The notes under the pieces: model-generated
What the model was told of the DNA's origin: nothing
What the model saw: only the letters and a program-made list of their open reading frames with translations
Databases searched by the model: none
Source of the DNA: Macrostomum lignano
Taxonomy: Eukaryota
Direction of reading: 5' to 3'
NCBI GenBank assembly: GCA_002269645.1
Contig: NIVC01002422.1
Span: 111,256 to 175,255, forward strand
DNA: 64,000 nucleotides
In this document: positions 34,229 through 61,322 of the stretch, one piece after another
How positions within the stretch are numbered: the first letter of the stretch is position 1
Layout of the letters: every line of letters begins with the position of its first letter
Translations under genes and position numbers: made by a program

Positions 34229-37200
34229 TCACTTGGACTGGTAGCACATGATCAGCTTGTTGAAGGCCACGAAGACCCCTTTGCGCGACTTGCTGCAATT
34301 TTTATGAGCGGAGGGGTGGAGAGGCGGATGTTGAGCTCTGTGTCACAGAAATATCGGAGCGCAGCCAGGGATACTAACCGGGATGCAGGGATACTAATCG
34401 GGATGCCAGGGATACTAACGGGATGCCAGGGATACTAATCGGGATGCCAGGGATACTAATCGGCCAGGGATACTCCGGGATTCCAGGGATACTAACCGGG
34501 ATGACAGGGATACTAACCGGGATGCCAGGGATACTAATCGGGATGCCAGGGATACTAACCGGGATGCCAGGGATACTAACCGGGATGCCAGGGATACTAA
34601 CCGGGATGCCAGGGATACTAACCGGGATGCCAGGGATACTAACCGGGATGCCAGGGATACTAACCGGGATGACAGGGATACTAACCGGGATACCAGGGAT
34701 ACTGACCGGGATACCAGGGATACTAACCGGGATGACAGGGATACTAACCGGGATACCAGGCTAACCGGGATACCAGGGATACTAACCGGGATACCAGGGA
34801 TACTAACCGGGATGCCAGGCTAACCGGGATGCCAGGGAGGCTAACTGGGATGCCAGGGAGGCTAACCGGGATGCCAGGGATACTAACCGGGATGCCAGGG
34901 ATACTAACCGGGATGCCAGGGAGGCTAACCGGGATGCCAGGAAGGCTAACCGGGATGCCAGGAAGGCTAACCGGGATGCCAGTAATGCTAACCGGGATGC
35001 CAGAGGCTAACAGGATGCCAGGTAGGCTAACCAGGGATGCCAGGGAGGCTAACCGGGATGCCAGGTAGGCTAACCGGATGCCAGGAAGGCTAACAGGGAT
35101 GTCAGGGAGGCTAACGGGATGCAGGGAGGCTATCCAGGATGGGATGCCAGGAAGGCAAACCGGGATTCCAGGAATGCTAACAGGGATGTTAGCATTACTG
35201 GAATCCTAGAATCATAGTTTGCTAACAGGGATGCCAGGGTCCTAACGCTTCTTTACCCTGGCTTGCACAGCAGATTAAATAAATTTATGGCACAAACTCG
35301 CCAAAGCAGCGAACGCAAAGCGCCTTTATCAGCCATTTTTTACTCAGGCGGCACAGACTCAATAACTAGTAACTTCACTAACTTGATATTAGTTCGTGCT
35401 GCAAATCCGAGACCCAGCAATCAAAATGGTGTCACACATCTGTGCATTTGGATAAGTACAAATAGCTATAGAATATGATGCAGTTATTGAGACAAGCTCT
35501 TAGAGATATTGTAGTTACCGTATTTGTAGTGTGCACCATCGTCTTGTGCACCATAGCTAAATCCTCATAGTAAATGCAGCTAAATTTGTAACGGTGCAAA
35601 CTAGCTATTGCTTTAATTTGACTACTCTGTGAGAATAAGCAAGTTTATGGCTATCTCTGACCAGTCAGTGGCCCACTTTGCCGGATAGTTTGAGGCCTCC
35701 TGGAAGAACAGATGGACACAGTACTTTGGCAAAATGCTAACATGCTGACTTTGGCAAAGTGCGAGCATGGAGTTAAATAAAACCGCTCCTCACCACTGAA
35801 AGTACCGCCTTCCGTCGTACACCCCATCGTGCTTGCCCTCCTCGTGGTCGAGCTCCACACCGAGGTACACGTCGTTCCTGCCCGGCAGGCGGCCAATATA
35901 GTGCACGAGGCCCTTGGAGATTCGGCCGCCCTGTCTGGTGAACTTCACCAGATCGCCGGTTCGAATGTCGTTGTGCCGTTTCGGCGCAAACGGATGCCGG
36001 CCTAAGGTGGAGAACGGGCTGACGACGCACCCTCCGGCTGCTGCGGCTGCTGGCGCCGGGTAGGCGGCGACGGGGGCGTCAGGGGAGGCGACAGCGGAGG
36101 CGACGGCGGCCGCCTTTCTAGAGCCTTGCCAGTCGACCGGTAGACGGCCAGACTGGAGCTGGAGCGGGCGTGCCTGGAGCCGCCGTGCAGCTGCGACGAC
36201 TGGCGCCTCGGCCTGTCGCGGCTTCCAACGGCCGCGGAAGAGGAAAAGTCCTGCGTGTACTTGCTGCGGTAGCCGGCTGAAAGATTTAGTAAAGGCGTTG
36301 CTATGGTTACCTTGAATACCTTCTCGATGATTTTGTTTTTCGTTAGCTAACTTTATCTCAATACTCTTTTTATGAAAGAAAACATTTTTCCAGTTCCATG
36401 AGAGTTTTTTCTAGGAAAATTCTACCTTTGTTGTCTAGAAACTCTTATCCAGGAATATTGCTACTAGAAATCTTCCCTGTACAGTATTTGGGACATTAGG
36501 ATTTTCTTCTGGCATGAAAACAGATTGATAAACAGTATCAAATTCTTCACCTTTGCCAGCGTCGAGGCCTTCAAACTCCCGTTCGACATCGGTGAGTATC
36601 GTGTCCGTCGATTCGCCCGAATCGTCAGCTGGCGCGGCCGCCGCAGTCCCGTTGCCGCCGACCGGATCCGCGGCGCCTGAAAGCGACAACGGCGGAACAA
36701 TCGGGTGTCGCTTCTTCAACGTCTGCGCGGAGTCCTGCTTGGCTGGCGACCGGGAGCGCGAGTGCCGGTCCAGGGTGGCCGAGGCTGTCAGTTCGAACGG
36801 CTGCTCGTAGCGCTGATAGCTGCGCGCCTCGAACTGGGGCCGCGGCTGTTGCTGCTGCTGGCGGCTCGCTGATATGGCTAGCGGATTGGAGGAGAAATAG
36901 AACAGGCCAATGAGAATTGAGAAATGCAGTCTTCCACAGCTAGAGCAGCCAAAAAGAGACAGACAAAAGAGACGCGGAGGAAGGGGGTGGGACGTCTCCC
37001 ATTATTATATTAGCCAACTAGAGACACGAATGGAGGTGAGCGTCTTCCTTGACCAGAACAGCCTATAAGAGACGCGGAGGGAGGTGGGCGTCTTCCTTGA
37101 CCAGAACAGCCAATAAGAGACGCAGAGGGAGGTGGGCGTCTTCCTTGACCGGAGCAACCAATAAGAGAAGCTGAGGGAGGTGGGCGCCTTGACCGCAATA

Positions 37201-40200
37201 GCCAATAAGAAACGCGGAGGCAGTAGAGGGACACGCCTAATGACATACTAGGCTTTTATAATGAATTATAAGAAAAAACATTGACAGGATGCTACGAGTA
37301 ATACCTAAAATAAGAAATATAGGATTTTGCTAGATGAAGGAAAAACAACGAAAGGAAAAATAATATTTGCACTATTGTAACGTAATTAGCGCATTGAAGA
37401 CGCAGCGTTCAACATCAGAATGAAAACAAAAATTAGGGAAAGCGCTGCTGTACCGGACAAAGCGCTTTCTGAAAACGTTTGGATCCGGTCCTTTATTAAA
37501 GGTTACTTTTTTAATTCGTATGTTTACATCGAGAAAGTATCGAATTTACCCTTCAAGTGGTAATCTTAGAATGAATCTGGGTATTAACTGGCTGCGTTTA
37601 TTGCATAGTAAAAGCCAAATATTATTGTATTGGCCAAGTAGCTGGCGACCCGCGCCAGCAACTCACAGCTGACATCGGCTATGGACACGGCTCGAAAGCC
37701 GGAGTCCAGCCCGCGATGTGGCTGGCTCAGTGAAGCTCTGCTGGCTGAGTCTGCAATTATTATACGGACGTTGCCTGTGGTCCGACGTCTTCTTGTGCTT
37801 CAAGTCCAGTTCTGGCTGCGACCTTTTCTTTCTAGTTTGAGATACTATTTAGAAAATCAAATGAGACAGGGGGTAGAGGGAAACCCCAAGAATAGACAAT
37901 GGGGTAGAGGGGAAACTCCAAAGATAAACAAGAGAGACGGGGAGCCCCAAGAACAGACAAGAGGGGGAACCCCAAGGATAGACGGGGGTAGAGGGGGAAC
38001 TCCAAGGATAGACGGGGGTAGAGGGGGAACCCCAAGGATAGACGGGGTAAGAGGGGGAACCCCCAGTATAGACAGGGGTAGAGGGGGAACCCCAAGGATA
38101 GACATAGGATAGACAAGGATAGAGAAGGGAAAAGTGTGACCCATTAAATGCATAGTAGTACTTACAAAGTAGTAGTACGTACGAAGTTTGTTAATAGTAC
38201 AAAAATCAATTACAAAGAATTTGAAGCAAATTGAAATGCGTAACTGCCGGTTTTTCACTTTAACGAATAATCATCGGCTTGATTAAGAGTGGACACTCGA
38301 TTGACAGGAAATTCTTCCACATGCATGTACGAAGCGGCAATGTTCTCTCACCTCCGAGACTGCCGCCTACGCCATCGTAATACAGCGCGCGATGATGGAA
38401 GCTGGACAGGGAAGAGTCGGTTCCGTGGGTCCCGGCTTGCAGGCGTCGGTTCTCCTGCATCAGCAGGTTGTTCCTCTCGCTGAGGGCGTCCATCTCGGTG
38501 CGCAGGCCGCCGACCTCGTCGCGCAAGTATGACATGTCTGGCCGCTCTTTCTGGCGCAGACGCGTCACCTGGATATAGGGAATTTCACCTGTTACTGAGG
38601 ATAACGCACCGGATAGAGCCTGGAGGTCTCGAATTCGATTCCTATTGAGGCTTAAGAATTCGCTTGCTAAATCACATGGCCTCAAGAAAGCATACCGGTA
38701 AATGTTTTGCCCGACCCCACCTCTGGCCTGCCCAAAACCCCGCTTCACCTCTCCCTCGGCCCACCCCACCCCACCATCCTGCCTCACCCCAAGGACGACT
38801 AAAGTAATATACAATATATACTTTAGTAGTCCTTGCCCAACCCCACATCGCCAGCCAATCTCACCCCGCCTCCGGTCTGCCGCACCCCACCATCCTACCC
38901 CACCCAACGCCGCCAGCCTATCTCACTCCGCCTCCGCCTTGCCCCGCTCCCCTGCCCCGCCCGCCTCCAGGGCCTCCCCCTCGCTGATTGGCCAGCCAGA
39001 CTGTACCATTTTCCTACTACTCATTCGATGCTAAAATCCTGTTAAAAAATCTTAAACTGGAGAGTTAAGGCGCAAACTGAGTGCGGCTAACTTAACCCAG
39101 CGAATCGAACCCATGGACTTTTTCAGGTGGCAAACCGAATGCCTTCAAATACCTCATTGCGCAGCACCCGATTCTCCACCGTCAGCTCTTCGACGGTGGC
39201 TCTCAGCCGACTGTCTGAGGCGGGACTCCAGCTGGGCAGGTTGTTGCCGATCTGCTGTTGCTGCTTCTGTTGCTGCTGCTGCGGAGACTGGCCACCGGCG
39301 CTGCTCTGCCTCATCGTTTCGTTGGCTTCGTGCAGGTCGGCAATCTGCTGTTCCAGATCAACTAGAAAGTGGCATAGTGTAGTTGCAATTCAATTAGAAA
39401 TTGCTTTCTGAAAAAAGCTACTTTTATTACTTACTAGTAGGATAGCGAGGTTAAGTCTTTAAAATCGAAAACCGTGTCCTATTTAGTTGGGGGCTTCCAA
39501 CTGTGCCGTACCCCAGTGAGCCCCTGTGCTCTCAAAGATGCTCATCTACGATTGAGTAGCCACTTATGCGACCTTCTAACTGTCAGCTTAGTCGTCGCTG
39601 CCATTTTCTTTCTTTACCCAAGCGGTCTCAACTGCACCGGCCTCAAGCTTCCGCTGAGGAGGCCTCGTGAGTCACAGATGCCTCTGTTATGTCGCTCTCT
39701 CTCTCACTTTCTCTCACAGCTTTTTCCTCCTAGCCAGTCGCAATTGAGTCGGCGGGTTATTGCCAACGATGAGCAAACAGAGCGGCCCACGTCCCCCGTT
39801 GACGAGCTCCGCTGAGCAAACTCAACGGGAGACGGGACGAGCGGAGCGGCAGGTCAGCGGTTGAGTTGAGCAACTCAGTTTAATGAAATTGAGAGAGTGA
39901 GAGAAATATTGAGGCCCGATGGAGAGAGGCTGAGCAGACTTAATCGTTAAAAATTTACAGCACACCCAAAGCCTGTGGCAGCCATAAACTGCTGCTGTCA
40001 ATGAAGCCACTCAGAATTGCAATTTGAAAACCATAAAACAGCTTCCTAAACGTCCCTTCCTCCCGCTGGGAATAGGGATCACTATTTAGAACTTTTATTC
40101 AGCAAATTGTTGTTCATTGATGATTGACGAGAAGTCTTCGGAGTCGGCACAGGAGGGAGAATCCTCTAGTAGTAGTAAGAGATTGGCTTGGAATTTCTTT

Positions 40201-41986
40201 AGGATTTTCTACTCACTGATGCGCCGCTTCAGTGCAGCCGGACTGTCGGGGTCGAACTCTGGTAGGCCAGGGTGCTGCTGCTGCGGCTGGGCCGACGGCT
40301 GCTGCTTTTGCAATTGAAGCGACTCAACCTGCAATCGAAGCTGCTGCATCTCAGTTGCCATGGTTTCCTTTTCAAACAGCAGCCGATCCAGGAGTCGCTG
40401 CGACTCGTCCGAGTCCAGCCGGGGCCGGTCGGCCGACGCGCCGTCCGCCGTAGTGCCGTTCGAGTCGCCGCCGGCAGTGGCAGCTGCGGTGGCCCGGCTT
40501 AGCGAGGCCTGCAGGCGCCGATTCTCTTCTAGAAGGTCGTCAACTCGACGCTGGAGTCGCTGCTGGTCAGGCAGCAACTGCTGATGCTGCAGTTCTGGCT
40601 GGTTACGCTGAGCAGTGGCTGAGTGAGCAGCTGCATCCTCTTCAAGTGCTCGCTGAAAATCAAAGTTTGATTGGCGATAAGCGGCACGTGCGGGAGGGCC
40701 CGAGTCGGCCAGAGTCATTGCTGGCTAACAGTTTGAGGGATCTCTGCTGGCTCAGTTGTCCGCTTTCCAGGCTGAACGCGCTTATTTAGCGATCTAGCAG
40801 AAACTTCTCTAGTAGCAATAGCGGATAATGCGACTGCGCAGATTCCATTGGAGTTTCTTTTGACATTTTTAACTTCCTGTTTTTTTAAAGCCTTATAAAC
40901 GTTTGAAGCTGATTGAGAGTTTTGATGCAACTACACTGAGTAGTGCGCAAGTCTGAGAGAACAGCAATAGGCCAAGAACTACTCGGGGGTTACATTCGCA
41001 TTTTTAGATTTACGCTCGTAATATAGAACTTTTTAAACTTCAGTTTGAGTCTTTCGAATCTAGTGGATCTTAAAATTTTTTTGGAAGTGATCTTTTGAAT
41101 TTAATTATTCACACGTTGATCTTATACAACGTAGACAATTGAATGGGGCACTAAAGGGGCCAAATGTTAAGTACAGGCAGCACTAGAAGTCACAAATGAT
41201 TATTTTTATGGTCACCCATAATAGCTAGGGTAGCCTTCAAAGGTAACATCTATGAGCGTAACATCTATAATAATATAATTGATTACACCTGGCCCCAATT
41301 GGGCCAGATGTGCAACCGACAGCTCAGCCGCAGCTATTGCGCGGCGCATCTGAAGGCTGTTCAGTCCATGGACTGGGGGTCGTCCCACACACCCTCAATT
41401 ATACCCAAGCTAATGCTGGCACCAATTTTAAAGCTGGGTAAACTGAAGCAATTGCTCAAGGACACAAGTTGTTACATTGGGATCGGGAATCGAATCCCCG
41501 ACCTTTAAGTAGTGAGTCCGACGCTCTAAGCACTCCCTGCAATCGCTAGGATACTGTATATCAATTCATGACTTTACATGCCGGAGCATATAAACTTACA
41601 GAAACTGTTCTGACATCAACGCGACTTCCTCCTTTGCTGCTGCTGCCACCGTTTTCGCTACCACCCAGAGCTTGTTTTGGCGGATGCGGCGGCGGAGATG
41701 GAGACACCGAGGCGCTGCCACCTCGCTGATGGCGTCGATCGCGCTCGATTTCAGCGTCCAAATCGAGGAGCAGCTGCTCGGCTCGTGACATACGCGATCT
41801 GGGCCTGTCGTCCGGCTTGACTGGCGACGCCGGCCGTCTCTCAGGAGACGACAGCGACGAAGACTGCTTAATTGGTGACGCAGGACGTCCCTCGGAGGCG
41901 GCTTCGGGAGGGTGATAGCCATTTGAATTGGAGGAGGCTGTGGCGGCGGCCGCCACGGTAGCTTCTTCTTGCGCTGCGGAACTCAT
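34229..41986 (-). CDS. Coiled-coil protein with C-terminal CAP-Gly domain
   Basis: Phase-consistent exons 41600-41986, 40217-40652, 39153-39361, 38352-38568, 37667-37750, 36551-36877, 36031-36276, 35794-36001, 34229-34292. CAP-Gly reads GDLVKF..KGLVHYIGRLPGRNDVYLGVELDHEEGKHDGVYDGRRYFQC-KSRKGVFVAFNKL. Heptad segments e.g. LQRRVDDLLEENRRLQ. Confidence 0.8.
34366..35240. repeat. 21-bp minisatellite (GGGATACTAACCGGGATGCCA) degrading rightwards
   Basis: Tandem periodicity in the last intron of the CAP-Gly gene. Confidence 0.9.
36968..37225. repeat. 48-bp minisatellite, ~5 units
   Basis: AAGAGACGCGGAGGGAGGTGGGCGTCTTCCTTGACCAGAACAGCCAAT repeated. Confidence 0.8.
37868..38110. repeat. 30-bp G-rich minisatellite
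   Basis: GGGGTAGAGGGGGAACCCCAAGGATAGACG repeated. Confidence 0.85.
41288..41532 (-). mobile_element. tRNA-derived SINE (degenerate copy)
   Basis: Homologous to 62118-62398; B-box-like GATTCGATTCC on minus strand. Confidence 0.7.
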
Positions 41987-44138
41987 GCTTGTCTTTCGGC
42001 TGGCATGTTATGGCTCAGTCTGGAAGAAATTGGACAAAAATTCTTTAGATGCTCTGTGACTTCTAACACATATTAACGCTTACATACATTCATGTCTAAA
42101 TATCAGGTGCATCACAAGCTGTTACAGATCTAGCATGTTATAAAATTTCCTGAGTAGGTATTGAGTAGGTATTTTTAAAACATTTTTTTTTACAAAAAAC
42201 AACAATTTAGCTAGGAGATGAAAAATTTTTGAAGCAAAAAACAGGAATTGATTCCCAAAGCTATAAGGCCATTGTAAAAATAGAAAATGTAATGTCTTTT
42301 GCGTTATAAGGGATTACATTAAGTATATGAGTGATACATATATAATGAATAGATATAATGAATAATTTCTCTCTAGAGATTTAGCTCCAGACTGATTTAA
42401 ATTCGATACACTAAATTACATCATAGTGGTGCTCTACCTACGTCTGTACTGGCAAAAAAGAGCTAAAAAATTAAGTCTAATCAAATAGCAACTATACATT
42501 GCATGAAAACACCCAACCCAGAGGTTCAATTATATATTTCTGAAAGGCAAGCTTTCTGGATAAGTATATAATTAATTGCTTAATAAAAGATAATTATTGA
42601 CTACCAGTTCCGTCTAATCGTTGCAGTTTGAGTCGTGAATTTTCTTTTATTTTTTAATTTCAATTTATTTTTTAAAAATATTCGTGTTAAAAATGTTCGA
42701 ATGTAAGTTTTGTTTGACCATCAAACAAAAGTTAAGATACTTTCTTACACTTTATGTGAAAAAAACACCTTTATTATTCAAAAAATGCACCTTAAACTCT
42801 TGTGATGACTATTATATCTAGTTAGTGATTTTTGTAATTGTGAAATTTGATATAACTTAAATAAATTGTATCTTTTGCTCTTTCAAAACTAAACTTTATA
42901 CGAAATCATCTGAACCATTTAAAGTTGACGGTGAAATATTTGACTCAATTGAGACTTGATCGGTTCTTGAGTTCTCCTCTGCTATCATTCTGGTGTGTAC
43001 TGATGCGCAATAATGTAGTTAACTCTATACTGAGTAATTCGAGATCCTATTCATTTATACCACATTTTATTGGCATACTTATTTTTACAATGGCGGCATT
43101 CATTACTATCTGTCTGTCTGTACTCTGCAGTCTGCAATACCAATTTTGCTTGGAAATATCCAAAAGTTCAACTGCAAATACTAGTAGCATAATGTCTGTT
43201 GATTAAGTAGGTATCATAGGCAATATCAAAATAATATTTTAAATAAAGTATACCTGATTGAAATCTGCATATATTGCCCTATAGGCTATATTCTATTGCC
43301 CTAAGCCTAAACAAAGTTAACTTGTAGCTCACAGTCATAGTAAAACTTTATGAAGATGTAAATTATTTGGTCTTGTTTTTTGATAGCTGTTATGTTATTG
43401 ATTATTTGGATTTATAGAAATATTTTATTTTAATATTTTTTAGTTTGTATATAAAATATTTCCCTTTCTTGACCACTTAATAGTTAGTATAAACTTAATA
43501 TTATAAAAAGTCTTTAGGCCTATTCGAATGAAACAAAATTATAGGCCTAATTATCTTATATAACATAAATATTAAAGCTTGTTACTTTGTCAGTTTGTTT
43601 TTTATCATTTTTATTTTGTTAATAAAAACCTAAGAATTAATTTGATTTTAGGTAAAGTTGTTTATTTTGATAGTAAGAGGAATAAGAATACAATAATCAA
43701 CATGTGAAGAAAGCAATTTTTTAGAAATTCTATTATGTATTACCATATATGTGTAATACTTAGCCAAGCTAGCCATCTAGCCAATTGGTAAGGGGCCCAG
43801 TCAAGCCTATGCTAGGGTAAGTTAAAAAAAACTCTTATAAATATGAATATAATTCTAATTAGATGACAATTCATTTAGCCTAGGTAATATAGTCATATCT
43901 GCTTTTGCTATTTATCTAAAATTACTTTAATTTTTATTTAGGTTTCTTTTATATAGACATAGGTATATTACATTTTTGGTCAAAAAGTAAATTGCATGGC
44001 TAGTATAAATTAGGGGGATTGCTCATGTATATTAATTACAATATATTTAGTACACCTAGCTGCATTATTAGATATATTATGATTAAAAGCAAAGAATTTT
44101 ATTACTAGTGATAAATTTATATTTTTTGAGCATATATA

Positions 44139-44875
44139 TAGCATTTTGCAGCCCATTTGGGCTTATGCGCATTTAATTTAATCCAAGATACATTTGCCAA
44201 TGTAATGGAGCTTTTGTCTATGGTAGCAAGGCTGGCGCAGCAGCATTTAATTTGGTCCAAAAGCATCCATTTGGTCCAAACACTCATGAGACACTCTTGC
44301 CTTCTCTCAACTGTCTGCAGGTTATTGCGCACCACTGGAATGTCAGCGTCTCTACCAGCAATTTTTAGTTGCTTTTCCAGAGCTCTGCTGATAGTCAAAA
44401 TCTGATAACCAACTGGAGCTGTTCCCTCAACTTCTGCTGCATTTTCTGAAATGTCAACAAAGGGTTCGTTTCCACTGCATCGAGTAGCAGTTGGACCTGA
44501 GGCTCTCAAGCAACTTTCCTTGGCGATTGCCACCCTTTTGCAGGCAATCTCTGCTGGCAGAGTTTCAACGCACTGCTGGATACTGTAAACCACCTTTTCT
44601 TTTACATTCAACAACCTTGCAATGTCCTTTGGGTGTTCACCTCCATCGAGTGCTTTGATCACAAGCCAATGACATTTGTTCAACAGCCTAGCATATGGTC
44701 CACAATTCTGGGACTGAGCTGCAAATGAACTAAATGGACCAAATTGATGCTGGTTGGACCAAATTAAATGCCGCTGTGCCAGCCTTGCTACCATAGACAA
44801 AAGCTCCATTACTTTGACAAACATATCTTGGATTAAATTCAATGCGCATAAGCCCAAATAGGCTGCAAAAAGCTA
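44139..44875 (-). mobile_element. Third copy of the Tc1/mariner derivative, independent inverted insertion in AT-rich intergenic DNA
   Basis: ORF 44117-44857 is homologous to 20553-21173. Same TIRs with TA on both sides; different flanks. Confidence 0.85.
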
Positions 44876-45283
44876 TAATATTTATTTACTCATAAATCCT
44901 TTTTGTTTTATAATATTTATTTAAAGCTAATATTTGTTATTGTGATTTTATAGTATAATATAGGTCTTGATACCATAATTACATTTAATACTAATTGTTT
45001 GTTTTATATACATAATATATGAATATGAAATGTTAAAGTATTAGATATTTTTACAACTATAATAAACTAGGGAATAAGCATTTAGTATACTATAATATGA
45101 TTAACATGATTGTAAAAATTACCTTTGTATTTAACTATGATATTATTGATTTTCTAATTTCCAGACTATTTATAATAAGTTGTAAAGAATAAACTCTATC
45201 AATTCTAACTAGTTTAGTCATCAAGACATCATTGTTGGCATGTCAACTTCAGTTATTAATTACTGAAGCTACCAACTATCAAG

Positions 45284-60275
<14,992 letters not shown>

Positions 60276-60792
60276 CCTGGAATAATCTTTCGAAGTTAAT
60301 ACAATTGGATTAACGATTATTACGCAAAAAATTATTAAGCATTTTTATAATTCACTTACTGCCATTAGGAAGCTCAATGTTCTTTTTTACACTTGGCCCG
60401 ACTGATTGGCGATATGCATTTTCTATTTTTACTATATTATTTATGATATATATCGCTGTCTTTAATGCCAACTAATGCAATAAGGGTGCTGTCTTGACTC
60501 ATGACTCAACTAAGTTTTACTGGTTAACAACTAATCAAGTTTATTAATTAACTTTAATACTCTGATTTATATTTCACCATGCAAGCATTTGCATTATATT
60601 AATGTTATTTTTCTATTGTGTACTGTGTTTTCTACGCTAATAGTGTACTGCGTTCTGTTCTGCCCGTTTGAATTCTCAAGCTTATTAAAGCATTTTTTAA
60701 CCAGCTGTTGCAATATATAGACCGGTTTTATAAACACTTTTCTATATCTTAACACTTCGTGCTTCACGGTTTTCATTCAATTTGGCTGCCTA

Positions 60793-60849
<57 letters not shown>

Positions 60850-60945
60850 GTCTTAGTGTCTGTCTGTCTTAATGTCTGTCTATGTGCTGTCTGTCTGTCT
60901 CTCTTAGTGTCTGTCTGTCTGTCTGTTCTAGTGTCTGTCTGTCTT

Positions 60946-61008
<63 letters not shown>

Positions 61009-61035
61009 TAGTGTCTGTCTGTCTGTCTGTCTTAG

Positions 61036-61092
<57 letters not shown>

Positions 61093-61260
61093 TAGTGTCT
61101 GTCTGTCTTAATGTCTGTCTGTCTGTCTGTCTCTCTTTCTTAGTGTCTGTCTGTCTTAATGCTGTCTATGTGTCTGTCTGTCTGTCTGTCTGTCTGTCTT
61201 AGTGTCTGTCTGTCTTAGTGTCTGTCTGTCTGTCTGCCTGCCTGCCTGCCTGCCTGTCTG
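60793..61260. repeat. (TGTC)n microsatellite upstream of PGM3
   Basis: Direct inspection. Confidence 0.95.
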
Positions 61261-61322
61261 TGTGATCCTATGAGAGTTGAGACAGAGACGGCAGTCGCAT
61301 TCAAAACCCGCAATATTTCCAG

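Noticed and set aside
37752-37830. Extra CAP-Gly gene exon (KRSQPELDLKHKK)
   Set aside because: Phase-incompatible with neighbours; exon 38352-38568 joins 37667-37750 directly.
42925-43206. 93-aa ORF in AT-rich intergenic DNA
   Set aside because: AT-rich composition unlike the GC-rich exons, and no motifs or splice context.
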